Below, piece after piece: positions 26,685-39,116 of a DNA stretch of 64,000 nucleotides (positions are counted from its first letter, which is position 1; each line of letters starts with the position of its first letter). The translations under genes were made by a program, and so were the position numbers. Under the pieces are notes generated by a model. It was given only the letters and a program-made list of their open reading frames with translations. It had not been told where the DNA came from and ran no database searches. Origin of the DNA: Octopus sinensis (Eukaryota); the NCBI RefSeq assembly GCF_006345805.1, contig NC_042999.1, positions 79,980,001-80,044,000 on the forward strand. The letters are read 5' to 3'.

Positions 26685-27789
26685 ATTCAATGAATTCACC
26701 TCGTTTCTTTATTACAGCCTTAATTTTTCAGGCACTGCTTCAACAGCGTCTCGCAAGACTTGTAGTGGCATTCTATCCCAATCACGCTGCAGCCTCCTGC
26801 AGGTTTAACACAAGCATTGATCTCCAAGATGGACCAAATACTAAAGTCCATTGACTTGAGGGAGGCCATTCTTCCTTGGACAAGAAATTTGGGGCACTGT
26901 CACTAAGCCACCGCTTCATCCTACTGGCAGGGAAAGGGATCACCGTTAAACAATTCTTGACGCAAACGTTTCACCACATTCTCAAGAATGAATTCTTCAT
27001 AGCTTGCAGCCTTGATTTTGACTCCTTCAGCAACAAAAACAAGAGGAGTGTTCCTCGTCGAAGTCACTCCAACCGAAACCATCAAAGATAAGGGGTTTCG
27101 AGTACGGCGGATAAATATTTCTGGCATCCTATGGACATGAATGAGCGTTTGCCGCAAAGACCTTGTCATTTTCACTTTTGTATGCTTCTTCTCATCTGTG
27201 AAAAGCACATCGGCCAACTATCGAGCCGCTCGAGCAGTGCACGATTTCTTGCGAGTCTCTTTCTTGCGAGTCTCTTTGAAACTGTTGTTAGACCGTGAAC
27301 TTGACGGTGTTTCAATGAAACAAGTCCCAAGTCGCTTTTGATAACTCGCTTCAAAGATTCTTTTGAAAATCCTAGCTCAGCAGCCATGTTTCTCATGGAG
27401 CTCCTTGGATTTCTGTGAACTCTGGAAGTGATTTTCCGGAGCCTGAAAGACCTGGCCGACCTGTGACCTTTTGTCCTCGCTCGACCTTGAACTCCTTCAG
27501 TGTCCCTGAATCGATTGATGGTTCGATAGATGAACATTCGCTTCGTTTTCAGCCAATTGAGAAGATTCAAAATTCCTGATGGCACTTGCCAGCTTGATGT
27601 AGCCCTGCTACGACGGATTGTTCATGTTCCATTCTAATTTTGGACAAAACAATATCTTAGCTTAAAGATAAGTTTAGAACCCGAGAGAAGACAAAAATAT
27701 CATTAAAACGATTTAAAATAATAAAATTGCCACTTTTTATGTTAAACTAAGAACTTCAAAAAATGTAACAGAACTTTTGGGTTACCCTG
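26685..27789 (-). mobile_element. maT (DD37D)-like Tc1/mariner transposon, decayed; one terminus retained
   Basis: MEHEQSVVAGLHQAGK...FIYRTINRFRDT; FTDEK; LMVSVGVTSTRNTPLVFVAEGVKIKA..Y; FPCQ*D; EEWPP..MDFSIWSILE; terminus CAGGGTAACCCAAAAGTT next to TA at 27790. Confidence 0.82.
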
Positions 27790-27878
<89 letters not shown>

Positions 27879-27898
27879 GTGTGTGTATGCATAAATGT

Positions 27899-28025
27899 GA
27901 GGACTTTTGACCAAGTGGTTAGGTATTGCCCACATGATCGCGAGATCGTAGTTTCAATTCACTTCCTAGACCGGGTAGTGCGTTGTGTCCTTGAGCAAAT
28001 GACCTCATCTCACGTTGCTCTGTTG
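27899..28025 (+). mobile_element. SINE family C 5' fragment, degraded
   Basis: GTGGTTAGG.TATTG..CAC..GATCGCGAG...GCGTTGTGTCCTTGAGCAA. Confidence 0.55.
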
Positions 28026-29130
28026 CAGCCCATCTTTTACACCAAAGCGCGTACAAAATAACGCTTATAATCGGTTAAGATCAAAAGCTATGCAAGACAC
28101 TGCCTGGTAATTTGTATTCGTTCTTTTTTTTTTTATTCTTTCATGCGTTTCATCCCAAATGATTGCCATATCATCACCTTTTCAAATGGCCATTCTCATG
28201 TGGTTTGCTTTGGTGAAGGAGGGAATTTGACATTGCTGCTCTCCTTTAAGTTTCTTGCCGTAATATAGGTTCATCCGGGATCATGGACAGTTTCTTGAAA
28301 ACATCTACTCTAACTCCCTGTAGATCTCCCAAGATTTTGGGGAATATATTTAATAGCTGTGGGCCTTTGAGACCCAAGCTATTACAGTATCTGGTCCTTA
28401 CTCTTTCTCCTTGCCTCTTTCTCTCCTTATCTCTCCCTCTCCTTCTCTATCTCTCTGTTTTTATACATATGTATGTGTGTGTATGTGTAGGTGTTTCTTT
28501 ATGTATTGATTCATATATGTGTATTTATGTTTGCTTTAGTATATGGATGTATGCGTGCATGTCACGAAATGTTTTGTCCTTTGTTAAAGAAATGTTTATA
28601 GTAAACAAATATAAGGAAACGTAACACAAACTTTGTAAAGCAAAACGTAATACAATTAACAAAATCTGTTTTAACTATTTGGTGCCATCAGAGCTAGATT
28701 AAAAACATGCACCCCACCTATATTCATATTCTCTCTCTTTTATTTTCTTTCTTTTTCATATCCGTTTCTTTCCCAATTATCTATATCTGTCTGTCTGTCT
28801 GAATGTATGTCTGTGTGTAGTATGTATGTATGTATGTATGTATGTATGTATGTATGTATGTATGTATGTATGTATGTGTGTGTGTATGTATGTATGTATG
28901 TATGTATGTATGTATGTATGTATGTATGTATGTATGTATGTATGAATGAATGAATGTATGTATGTATGTATGTATGTATGAATGAATGTATGTATGCGTG
29001 CACGTATACATGCATACATGCTCACGCATGCACACATATGCGTGCATGTAGCGATTCTAATGTGTATATATATATGCATGTGTGTGTTGATGAATTTGTG
29101 TCGCATGATTCCTGATGTGAAGTTGAAACA

Positions 29131-29455
29131 TGTATTTTGGGATGGTCATTTTTTTTTGCTAAATAAGCACACGCACTATATATTCATACTTCACTGGTTT
29201 ATTACTGTTCTTATGCTAACTCATGTCCATTGTCCAGAAATCTTTCGTCATACATCTGTGACCTCTTATAGGAATCGTAGAACAGAATGGAATAAGCAAA
29301 GCGAGAGCCCACAGAAAGACGGAAAGCGACGCTGAAGAGTTTACAGAGGTGTGAGGAAATGAACACGAGTTAGAATAAAAGCAGTGATAAACAGGTGAAA
29401 AACAAATGTATAGTGCGTGGGTTTATTTGGCAAAAAAAGACCATGCCGAAATACA
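29131..29455. mobile_element. MITE-like inverted-repeat element, copy 2
   Basis: TGTATTTTGGGATGGTC...GACCATGCCGAAATACA; aligns with 11890-12216. Confidence 0.75.
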
Positions 29456-29527
29456 ACAATATATATATATGTATATATATATGTGAGTCTCACTCACTCA
29501 CTCTCTGTCTGTCTGTCTGTCTGTCTC

Positions 29528-29571
<44 letters not shown>

Positions 29572-30091
29572 ATATATATATATATATATAATATATATAT
29601 ATATGTATGTATATAATTAAATATAGAAACGTCTATCTATCTGTACTTATATATATTATGGAGACATCGAATTTGTATATAATGAAAATTGAAGTTGTCA
29701 TATAAAAGACTTAATTACAACACAAAGAAAAGTAGGGATTCCGAAAGGTGCTAGACATGTGAAGTTAGAAGTTGTTCTGGGCGGTTTATGACACCAAATT
29801 TATCGAGAATTCAGAAAGGAAAATTCGCATGGTGGGCCTGCTTCTCTGATCCACTGTATCTTTCTGAAAACAAAAGCGAAAAAGAAAAAGCAAAACAGAA
29901 AAAGAAAAACAAGGGAAAACATTCCCAAGATCTAACTAGTATTCTTCATGGTATGGTATCATTGTGGACATTCCTCCAAATGGTTTAGCCTTCCATATAT
30001 CGAAGAGAATAATTTATCAGGAAATTACTCGCCAGACCATTGAAGTTTCGGGAATGATTGATATGATATTTAGGTGGGAACATTTTATATC

Positions 30092-30206
30092 TCAGTCCCA
30101 CTGCGTGACACCTTGGGCAAGTGTCTTCTACTATAGCCTCGGACCGACCAAAGTCTTGTGAGTCGATTTGGTAGACGGAAAATGAAAGAAGCCCGTCGTA
30201 TATAAG

Positions 30207-30303
<97 letters not shown>

Positions 30304-30512
30304 TTGTGTATCTGTGTTTGTCCCGCCCAACATCGTTTGACAACCGATGCTGGTGTGCTTACGTACCCGTAACTTAGCGGTTCGGCAAAAGAGACCGATA
30401 GAATTATTTCTAGGCTTACAAAGAATAAGTTCTGGGGTCGATTTGCTCGATCGACTAAAACCGGTGCTCCAGCATGGCCACAGTCAAATGACTGAAACAA
30501 GTAAAAGAGTAA
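30092..30512 (+). mobile_element. SINE family A, 5'-truncated
   Basis: Aligns with 5757-6128. Confidence 0.85.
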
Positions 30513-30871
30513 ATACTGATGAATTCTTTTCGTTATTTGCAAGATGTTAAATGCACTTACAATTGTTCCTGCGCTAAATCACCGAGGATCTTTTCATTAA
30601 TTGAGGGAAATTTTTGCCAAATGAGATATTTTTCACTTCTAAAATAATTTAAGAAAACATATTTGAGAAGAAAGCACTATGAAAGATATGGTGGACCATT
30701 ATTCAAACTTCTTGCATGAAATGTGTACGATATAACCTCGAAGTATATACCATGTTTCCGCTAACAGTTTTAGGGATCAATGTGTTCACGAGCAGTCATA
30801 GACTCTTGAGTCATAGGCGAATCAAGGTTGTGAGAGCTTGAGTGAGTGTGTGTGTGTGTGTGTGTGAGAGA

Positions 30872-30916
<45 letters not shown>

Positions 30917-30929
30917 CTACGCCATCATA

Positions 30930-31072
30930 GCGACTGGTACTCATTTCTAGGTGAGTGAGTAAACTGGAACAATGTGAAATGAAGTGCCTTACACAACGCA
31001 TCATTTAACCTGGGAATCGAATTCATAAACTTCTGATCTTCAGTTCAATATCCTAAACATTCAGCCACACCC
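30930..31072 (-). mobile_element. Degraded CORE-like SINE
   Basis: CTCATTTCTAGGTGAGTGA.TAAACTGGAACAATGTGAAATGAAGTGCCTT resembles family B centre. Confidence 0.5.
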
Positions 31073-32075
31073 TGTCGTCACCATAATATATACGCTTTGT
31101 GTGTATGCGCATTTGTGTGTGTGTAAATGCAGAATAGTTTTCCTTTCAAACACATATTGTCATCTTCTAAAGGATTTCCATATTTCTATAATAGTCTATT
31201 ATGTCTCGTTTAATCTGTCAAGGTTCCGTTACCTTTACTACCGCATCTTCAAAAATAATATCAAGGTAATTATGGAGTGTTTAAAGTGCGTGCTTTGCAG
31301 TATGTCTCAAAGGACCAAGGGAATATAGTTAGAATATATAAAAACATCAATACCAAATCTTAAAAAGATACACAAGGTAATCTTGATATATTTCATTATT
31401 TATTTTATGTGTAATGTACCTGTGTGTTGACTTTGTATTTGTATTTAGCAATTACTAAAGCATCTACAGCTATTTTCTTCATTCTTTTTCTGGAATTATA
31501 GATAACACTGTAATGCTGCCAACTAATGTTTCCTAATTATATTATGTGCACTCTATTGTGGGTAGGCACACACGTACAGCTAAAGGTACATGTGAACAAA
31601 GTGGTGGTGTTAAACCGAGTAAATGATGAAATCTATCACCCAGTTTAATTCTATGGTTGCATATGTGCAAAGCATACGTCCATAAAAAAAAACACAGACA
31701 TATGCGGCTGAAGGTACACACACACATACGCTCACACATGCAACATATATATGAAAGCATATATGTATGTGTGTGTGAATATATGTCTGAATGTGTGTAT
31801 TCGCCTTCTGTTGTGTACGTATTGATACACATCATCATCATCATCATCATTAACTGCCCCACCACCATTCCCCGCACCATAAATTTGTTGCTATTTATAC
31901 CTTTTATCCATCGTTTTTAATCGGTACTTCTTTTTTTTATTCGTGAAGCCTTCTTCTTCTTCTTCTTCTTCTTCTTCTTCTTCTTCTTCTTCTTCTTCTT
32001 CTTCTTCTTCTTCTTCTTCTCCTCCTCCTCCTCCTCCTCCTCCACCACTCCTTGGTTTTCAATTTTTAATCGTCG

Positions 32076-32106
<31 letters not shown>

Positions 32107-32135
32107 TGTTGTTGTAGCTGTTATTAGTATTGTTA

Positions 32136-32194
<59 letters not shown>

Positions 32195-32197
32195 GAG

Positions 32198-32355
32198 TGT
32201 TGGCAGAATACTTAGCATTATTTCGTTCGTCTTTCGACTCCGCCTTTCATCCTTTCGGGGTTGATGAAATCAGTACCAGTTACGTACTAGTGACGATATA
32301 ATTGATTAGCGCCTCCCTAAAGTTTTCAGGCCTTGTACCTATAGTAGAAAAGGCT
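32198..32355 (+). mobile_element. SINE family D, degraded
   Basis: CCTTTCATCCTTTCGGGG.TGAT.AAAT.AGTACCAGTTACG shared with 42347-42553. Confidence 0.6.
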
Positions 32356-32529
32356 ATTATTATCATTATTCAAAGGTGGCAAAACTGGCGGGACCGAAAA
32401 GACCCACTCTGAGTATGCTTTTGTGAGCAAAAGGAAAGAAACTGGAAGAGAGCACTTGGGGATTGCGGAGTAATACAAGATTTTTGCGTGGAATTTGCTC
32501 CGAATTACCTTAAGTGAACTGCTCCGCTA

Positions 32530-32550
32530 TTATTATTATTATTATTATTA

Positions 32551-32633
<83 letters not shown>

Positions 32634-33180
32634 ATTGTATGTTTGATTTTGCTTTGTATTCCTACAAGTTGACTCCAATTCTCACCCAGAGACCCCCAAG
32701 AGACAACAAATTAGAAGTTCAAGCTGGTATTATGCCTGGTTTTTCACATAGTATTACACATAGTATTGGTCTAGAGAATGTTTAAGAAAATATAAGAAAA
32801 TTATATGTTTGTTTTAAAATTTGAGATTACCTAGACTGTATTTTATGTAGGATATGGGCAGTTCTCATGAACACTCTCTTGAATTTCAGCCATTTTGGGG
32901 TTTCCTGATACCTGAGTTAATTAGGAATCATCCCCTTTTGCTATCATTCCTAGGGCACCTATGACAATATGTGTTATTTTAGTCTTCATTTTCCACAGTT
33001 TGTCAATTTCTATTGCAAGATCTTTATACTTGCTTAGTTTTTAGTAGGTCTTGACAGATACATTCATGTCGATTGGGACAGTCATATCAATGAGGAGGCA
33101 TGATCTTTATCTGACGTCTTTCAATATAATGTCTGGCCTATTCGCATCTATCTTTCTGTCAGCTTGAACGCTGAAATTCG
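32530..33180 (-). mobile_element. R4/Dong LINE 3' end with RLE domain, 3' UTR and (AAC)n/(AAT)n tail
   Basis: DRKIDANRPDIILKD...CLLIDMTVPIDMNVSVK...KLSKYKDLAIEIDKLWKMKTKITHIVIGALG. Confidence 0.88.
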
Positions 33181-33364
33181 AGAGGAATAGTAGGAGAAAG
33201 AGATGTTCACCGTGTTGGATTTCTGCATTTCTGAATTTCTTTTTCTTTGGGAATTTTTCGTTTCTTTTTAAAAGTTTTGCTGTAGTTTACAGTTGCTGTA
33301 GTTGTGCAGTATGTATATATTGGCAGGTGCTTACTTCCTAAATTTCGATTATCGTGCATTTAAT

Positions 33365-34137
33365 TGTGCGCAGTGCTACCGGGGGCGCTACCGGTTCGAG
33401 ACAAGCTCTACAGGCAAGGATGTGCTGTTAGACGGACTTGTCCGAGCTGCATGCAGAGTGACGAAACCATTCTGCACGCTCTCGTTCAGTGACCGGGCAT
33501 TGCTGACTTGTGGGATTATGTTTGAACAGCTGCTGTCAGGTGTGGGACAGATACGTCTGTCGGCCGAGCCTGTAGTGATGATTGCACCGCCGCCCTCCTT
33601 CAATCGGGTAGGCAAGGCAGTTTTTCTTTGCCAGGTGGCTGTGGCGAAAGAGGTTGTTTGGTGGACAGGGTTGAAAGGCATGAGGAAATATACATTCCTC
33701 TTTGGTAGAGCTCTCATTGACTTTTTCAAGTTTCACTTGAAAAGAAAATTGAAAGTGGAGAGGGAAGTGCTGTCCACGAGTGAGTTTATTGAAAGAACTG
33801 GTGAAAGTTGCGAAAATGGCAAGAGTAGATGGTACCTCTCTAAGTATAGACCTGTGAGTCGGAGAGAGGAAATTGCAGAGGGCACTTGCTCATAGGGTTT
33901 CAAGGAAATCTCGGATAGTGGGGTTCCTTGATTATCCCTAAAGGCGTTCATATATCGGGTGGTGGGGCACACCTCTATCATCCTCCTTACTTTTTTAACC
34001 TTTGTATGCTATGCATATGGTTTTCTTTTCCAGTATATACCGTGTATACTTTTTCTATTATTATTATTTCATTATTATATGTAAATCCCACACACATTGT
34101 CTCTGTATTACTCCCCTCACCCTTCGCCCTTGTGGCA
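33365..34137 (+). mobile_element. L1/Tx1-clade LINE 3' end (C-terminal zinc knuckle plus 3' UTR), cut by assembly gap
   Basis: ALPVRDKLYRQG...CPSCMQSDETILHALVQ*P (CxxC-H-C knuckle, last C now a stop), then VGKAVFLCQVAVAKEVVW...FFKFHLKRKLKVERE; homologous to 50635-51288. Confidence 0.75.
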
Positions 34138-34237
34138 NNNNNNNNNNNNNNNNNNNNNNNNNNNNNNNNNNNNNNNNNNNNNNNNNNNNNNNNNNNNNNN
34201 NNNNNNNNNNNNNNNNNNNNNNNNNNNNNNNNNNNNN
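34138..34237. other. Assembly gap (100 N, true size unknown)
   Basis: Run of 100 N. Confidence 0.99.
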
Positions 34238-34239
34238 TC

Positions 34240-35060
34240 CTGGTTAGTTTGAACTGGAAGAAAGTATATGCGTTTTGTATGTATGTATCTATGTGTCCTT
34301 CTATGTATTTGTATATGTATGTATGTCATTGTTCAGTTTTTTTTCGAGATTTCTTGCCAATAGAGAAAGAATTGGTTTCTAACCTAGATTCAAGGTTCCT
34401 TCATTGGAGTATCAACACCAACAACAATGTTTGTATGCATGTATATACTCTTTTACTCTTTTGCTTGTTTCAGTCATTTTGACTGCGGCCATGCTGAAGC
34501 ACCGCCTTTAGTCGAGCAAATCGACCCCAGGACTTATTCTTTGGAAGCCTAGTACTTATTCTATCGGTATCTTTTGCCGAACCGCTAAGTTACGGGGACG
34601 TAAGCACACCAGCATCGGTTGCCAAACGATGCTGGGGAACAAACACAGAAACGCAAATATATACACGCACATACATATATACGACGGGCTTCTTTCAGTT
34701 TCCGTCTACTAAATCCACTCACAAGGCTTTGGTCGGCCCGAGGCTATAGCAGAAGTCAGTTGCCCAAGGTGCCACGCAATGGGACTGAACCCGGAACCAT
34801 GTGGTTGGTAAGCAAGCTACTTACTACACAACCACTCCTGCGCCTATATGTGCAGATTTGTAGATTTTGCTTTATGTGTGTATTCCCATGCATATAGTTG
34901 CATATTCAAACATGCTCATATATATTTAAATGATAAACTTCTGGAAAGTTTTACAGATTTTTACAGGTCCAGTAATGGATTGGATATGTAGTCTTCGAAT
35001 TAGCTTTCTCCTTTCTGGTTTTGAGAAGCCAAATTTCTCGAGATTGGTAGTATGAATATA
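34240..35060 (-). mobile_element. RLE-LINE 3' end (same family as 2990-5525), interrupted by a SINE
   Basis: 34850-35060 aligns (reverse complement) to 3345-3537; 34330-34440 aligns to 5385-5525. Confidence 0.8.
34447..34844 (-). mobile_element. SINE family A, full length, nested in LINE 3' UTR
   Basis: Reverse complement of 5699-6128. Confidence 0.9.
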
Positions 35061-35211
35061 GTATAGTTCTCTATCATCCTCAAAGGATGACATGAAAAGT
35101 ACAGTGTAACCGAGAGAGGGGCAAACCTACATACACTTACACACACCTACAAAACACATACACACAGAATAAACATTCTGACACAGATGAGTATATATAT
35201 ATATATATACA

Positions 35212-35280
35212 TGTAAATGTAATATATGACAATTATTCGGTAGCGTGGCTACCGAATAATTGTCACATATTACATTTACA
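35212..35280. mobile_element. Minimal palindromic MITE derivative (fused TIRs)
   Basis: 33 bp arms with 1 mismatch and a GTG loop; same TIR as 55555-55675. Confidence 0.75.
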
Positions 35281-35335
35281 GATAAATTCTTCCACTTACA
35301 TAATATCGAGGTCTCCTTGCTTTTGTTATCTTATC

Positions 35336-35381
<46 letters not shown>

Positions 35382-35404
35382 ACATACATACATACATACA
35401 TACA

Positions 35405-35435
<31 letters not shown>

Positions 35436-35452
35436 GTCTGCTTGAGTTTGTA

Positions 35453-35497
<45 letters not shown>

Positions 35498-35592
35498 TTT
35501 CTATTTTTTAGTTCCTTCTTAGGTTGTGCGCTTATACATAGTCACTAGAAGACTAGCATAAGATTCTATTTTCGTACATAGAGTTATGCGAC

Positions 35593-35880
35593 CTCGGATA
35601 CTCTACCAAAAGCGTGCTCATCCTGCCTAGCAAAGATTACACGAGGATGCTCCTAGGACAAAACATCAATCTCAGAAGGCTTACTCGATGGAAAGCCTTC
35701 TTTTGTGAACAAAAAATACACTCTCACCGTCCAACGTCTACAGCATCAAGTCTAAAAATTATTACTCAAGATCAAAGAACTTGAAGTCTTTGAAGCAGAT
35801 CTCTTACGCATCATCTCCAAACTAAAATTCCGTTAGTCCAGTAAATTCCGTAAGTACTCTTCCAGTACAAGTTTACATCT
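35593..35880 (+). mobile_element. Penelope-like element N-terminal ORF fragment
   Basis: GYSTKSVLILPSKDY...RWKAFF...KELEVFEADLLRIISKLKFR resembles PLE N-terminal YSxKNIP/RMRWKAFF/FExDL motifs. Confidence 0.6.
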
Positions 35881-35984
35881 GACATATGTTTCCTTAAAAA
35901 CTCAGATAGGTCTTTATTTATTTCAGAGTAAAGTAAAAAGTTATAGAGTGGATACCGAAACATAGGTTAGACATGAAATTAACG

Positions 35985-36895
35985 GATGCATTCTCATCCA
36001 CTAAAAATGCTAGCAAGGTTCCTGTTTAAGGAATCAATGCAAGTTTGGTGTACAGTGTCTAAGCTGCGTGTGGTTGGTGCGTGTAAAGTTAGGTCGGGAT
36101 GAAAGACCGTGTTGGCTGCACAGAAGTGGACGTTATTAAATTTTGTGGTAAATATGTCACTCATACATAGAAAGAGAGTGCGGGTCAAAACTTGGGGAAT
36201 ACTTTAGTTAAGTGAAAGTAGGGAAGAAAGAGCTTCGCCACACCGCTTTGGCGTTATCTCAGAGGTAGCTTACGGATCCAAGAGATCAGAAATGAGTGGA
36301 ACCCGTCGATGGAAAGTTGTGCTAGATTTGTATGACAGACCTTGCCAATGATTTTTGCTGGTGTCTAGAGCAACAGCATCGTTTTCACTGAATTTCAATG
36401 ATACAAGATCCCACTGGTGAGTAATATAAGAAAGAGGGCCATTAGTGAACCTGACCATACTGTAGTCTTACAGATGATCACTGAGGAGAGAAAGAGCCAC
36501 AAGGTTTCGGAGAACATCAATGTAAAAAGCTGTCTCCATTAGCTTACAGTAGTTAGAGATGAGAGCAATAGGACGATCGTCGGCTAGATCAGAGAGGATG
36601 CTTTCTTTGGAATGGAAGACACTGGGAACGTGCTTCTAAATGTCATGGTATATTCTTATGGTATATTCTTGTAGAGTGTGATACTCGAAATAATGTGGTG
36701 TGTGTATAAGAGCAAATTCTTGGGTGTGATGCTTGAGTGTAATAGGAGTATTGTCAGGGCCGGTAGTAATATCTGTTTGAAATAAATACAGGGATATCTG
36801 CTCTTGGCGTGGGTGTATGCAGGATGGAGAAGCCTTGTGGAAGAGAATAGGGAAGAATAAAAGATTAACTAAGAGTGTGTAATTTAAAGTTGGAT
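35985..36895 (-). mobile_element. Highly decayed APE-type LINE RT (CR1/L2/Jockey group)
   Basis: TGPDNTP; RPIALISN; LSYITHQW..AVALDTSK; TLFLCMSDI..VHFCAAN correspond to RT motifs 0-5. Confidence 0.65.
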
Positions 36896-36991
36896 GCAAA
36901 ATAGATAGTGATAGTTGAGGATTTCTCCATTGCCGTTGTGTTTATAGAGCGAAGAATCTTCTGGCTCCAATCTCTCTTTCACTACATATAC

Positions 36992-37022
<31 letters not shown>

Positions 37023-37523
37023 TATATATATATAATATATATATATATATACATACATATGTATGTGTATGTGTGTGTGTATGTGGAAACACTCATTCTC
37101 TCACTACCTTTCTCTCAAACACACTCATCATATATAAACACAACCCATACATACGTTGTATATTATATATATTATATATATATATATATAATTATATATA
37201 TCATTCATTAATGTCTATTTCGTACACATTTTACCATTGTTTACTTATGTTTCCATTCATGTTATTCATTGTATGACAAGTTTTGTCTCATTGAAATATC
37301 AATTTCTAGTCACTTTACCATAAAACTGCTTTTATATACATCAAAGATATCTTGCTAGGTTCGTAATGATAAAGGCAGGGCAGTCAATTCTAAGTTTACC
37401 CACGTACCAACTATCTCCCAAATATCAGCTAATATATATATATATATATACATACATACGCATATATATATATATATATATATATGTATACGCATATATA
37501 TATATATATATGTATGTATAGGC

Positions 37524-37571
<48 letters not shown>

Positions 37572-37957
37572 ATATGTGTATGCATATATATATATATACA
37601 TGAATTGGTGGTTTTCAATGCTAATAGTGTGTAGTCTATTTGTGCATTTCTCTGCATCTGTTACTATCTATACGTCCATCATTTGGCTACTCATTTCAGC
37701 GGTGTTCTATATGCCTGGGTAGAATTTATCATATTTATCTAATTATCTTTTTATATATTTATTGTGTAGAATGATGCATATTTCTTTCTTTCTCTCCTTC
37801 TCCCTCCCTTTCTTTCCCTCTCTCTCTCTCTCTTTCTCGCATACTGTGTGCATGTGTGTGTGTAAGTATATGCGTGTGTATATATGCATGTATATATGTA
37901 TATATACATTTAGATATGTGTATATAGATATATATGTGTATGTATTCCTGCACATAC

Positions 37958-38022
<65 letters not shown>

Positions 38023-38083
38023 ATATTTACATACACATATAATATGCAATATATGTATATATAATATATATATATATATATAT

Positions 38084-38116
<33 letters not shown>

Positions 38117-38779
38117 CATATGTATACATCTATATATATATATATATATATATATCTATATAATATATAATATATATATATCTATATATATATAATATAT
38201 ATAATATATATGTATATATATGTATTTATATATACATACGTACGTACATATATATATATATAAATACGTACATATATATATTCGTACCATTATAAACCAC
38301 AAACCAAAAGCTGGTGTCGTCTCCAAGTCTAACATCTTTTTGTATTGTGTGACACTAATTTTTGTTTCCCCCCGCCTAGCTTCTATCCCAACCCAATATA
38401 TTCATTTCTAGCTTTAACCAGCAACCATCGCTGCCAACCTCACAATGCAGATCGCCACCGTCGAGCCGAACTTCTTCATCGTGCAACAGTATAGTGTTGA
38501 AATATTACAAGTTCTAATCTAATCATGGCAGACTATACGAATGTTCTAATAGAGCCAACAGATATCTTCATCAAACATACATAGTTGCAAGAAAGATAAA
38601 ACATCGGCAACAAAGATCATGAAAGACAGCAGTCTAACAAATGTAATTGTAATAGTAACATATAACATATATATATATACATATATATCTGTATATACTT
38701 ATATATATACATCTGTATATATATGTTATTATATATTGTATATTCACACATCTGTGAATATATAAATGTGTATGCATAT

Positions 38780-38817
<38 letters not shown>

Positions 38818-38919
38818 GATATATATATATACGTATGAGTGTATATGGTATGTGTATGTAAGTATGTACGCATGTACGTATGCATAATGATCTATAATCT
38901 ATGTATGTATGTATGTATA

Positions 38920-38952
<33 letters not shown>

Positions 38953-39004
38953 ATATATATATCTGTGTATATATATATATACATATCTATCTATCTATCT
39001 ATCG

Positions 39005-39058
<54 letters not shown>

Positions 39059-39063
39059 TTATC

Positions 39064-39113
<50 letters not shown>

Positions 39114-39116
39114 TCA

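Noticed and set aside
33388-33981. Minus-strand ORFs with a GGGAII segment resembling the PLE ADKG motif
   Set aside because: The plus strand explains the region better (Tx1 zinc knuckle, homology to 50635-51288)
38411-38488. Possible exon (TTTCTAG acceptor, GTATAG donor)
   Set aside because: No recognisable protein similarity or partner exons; splice-like sites are expected by chance
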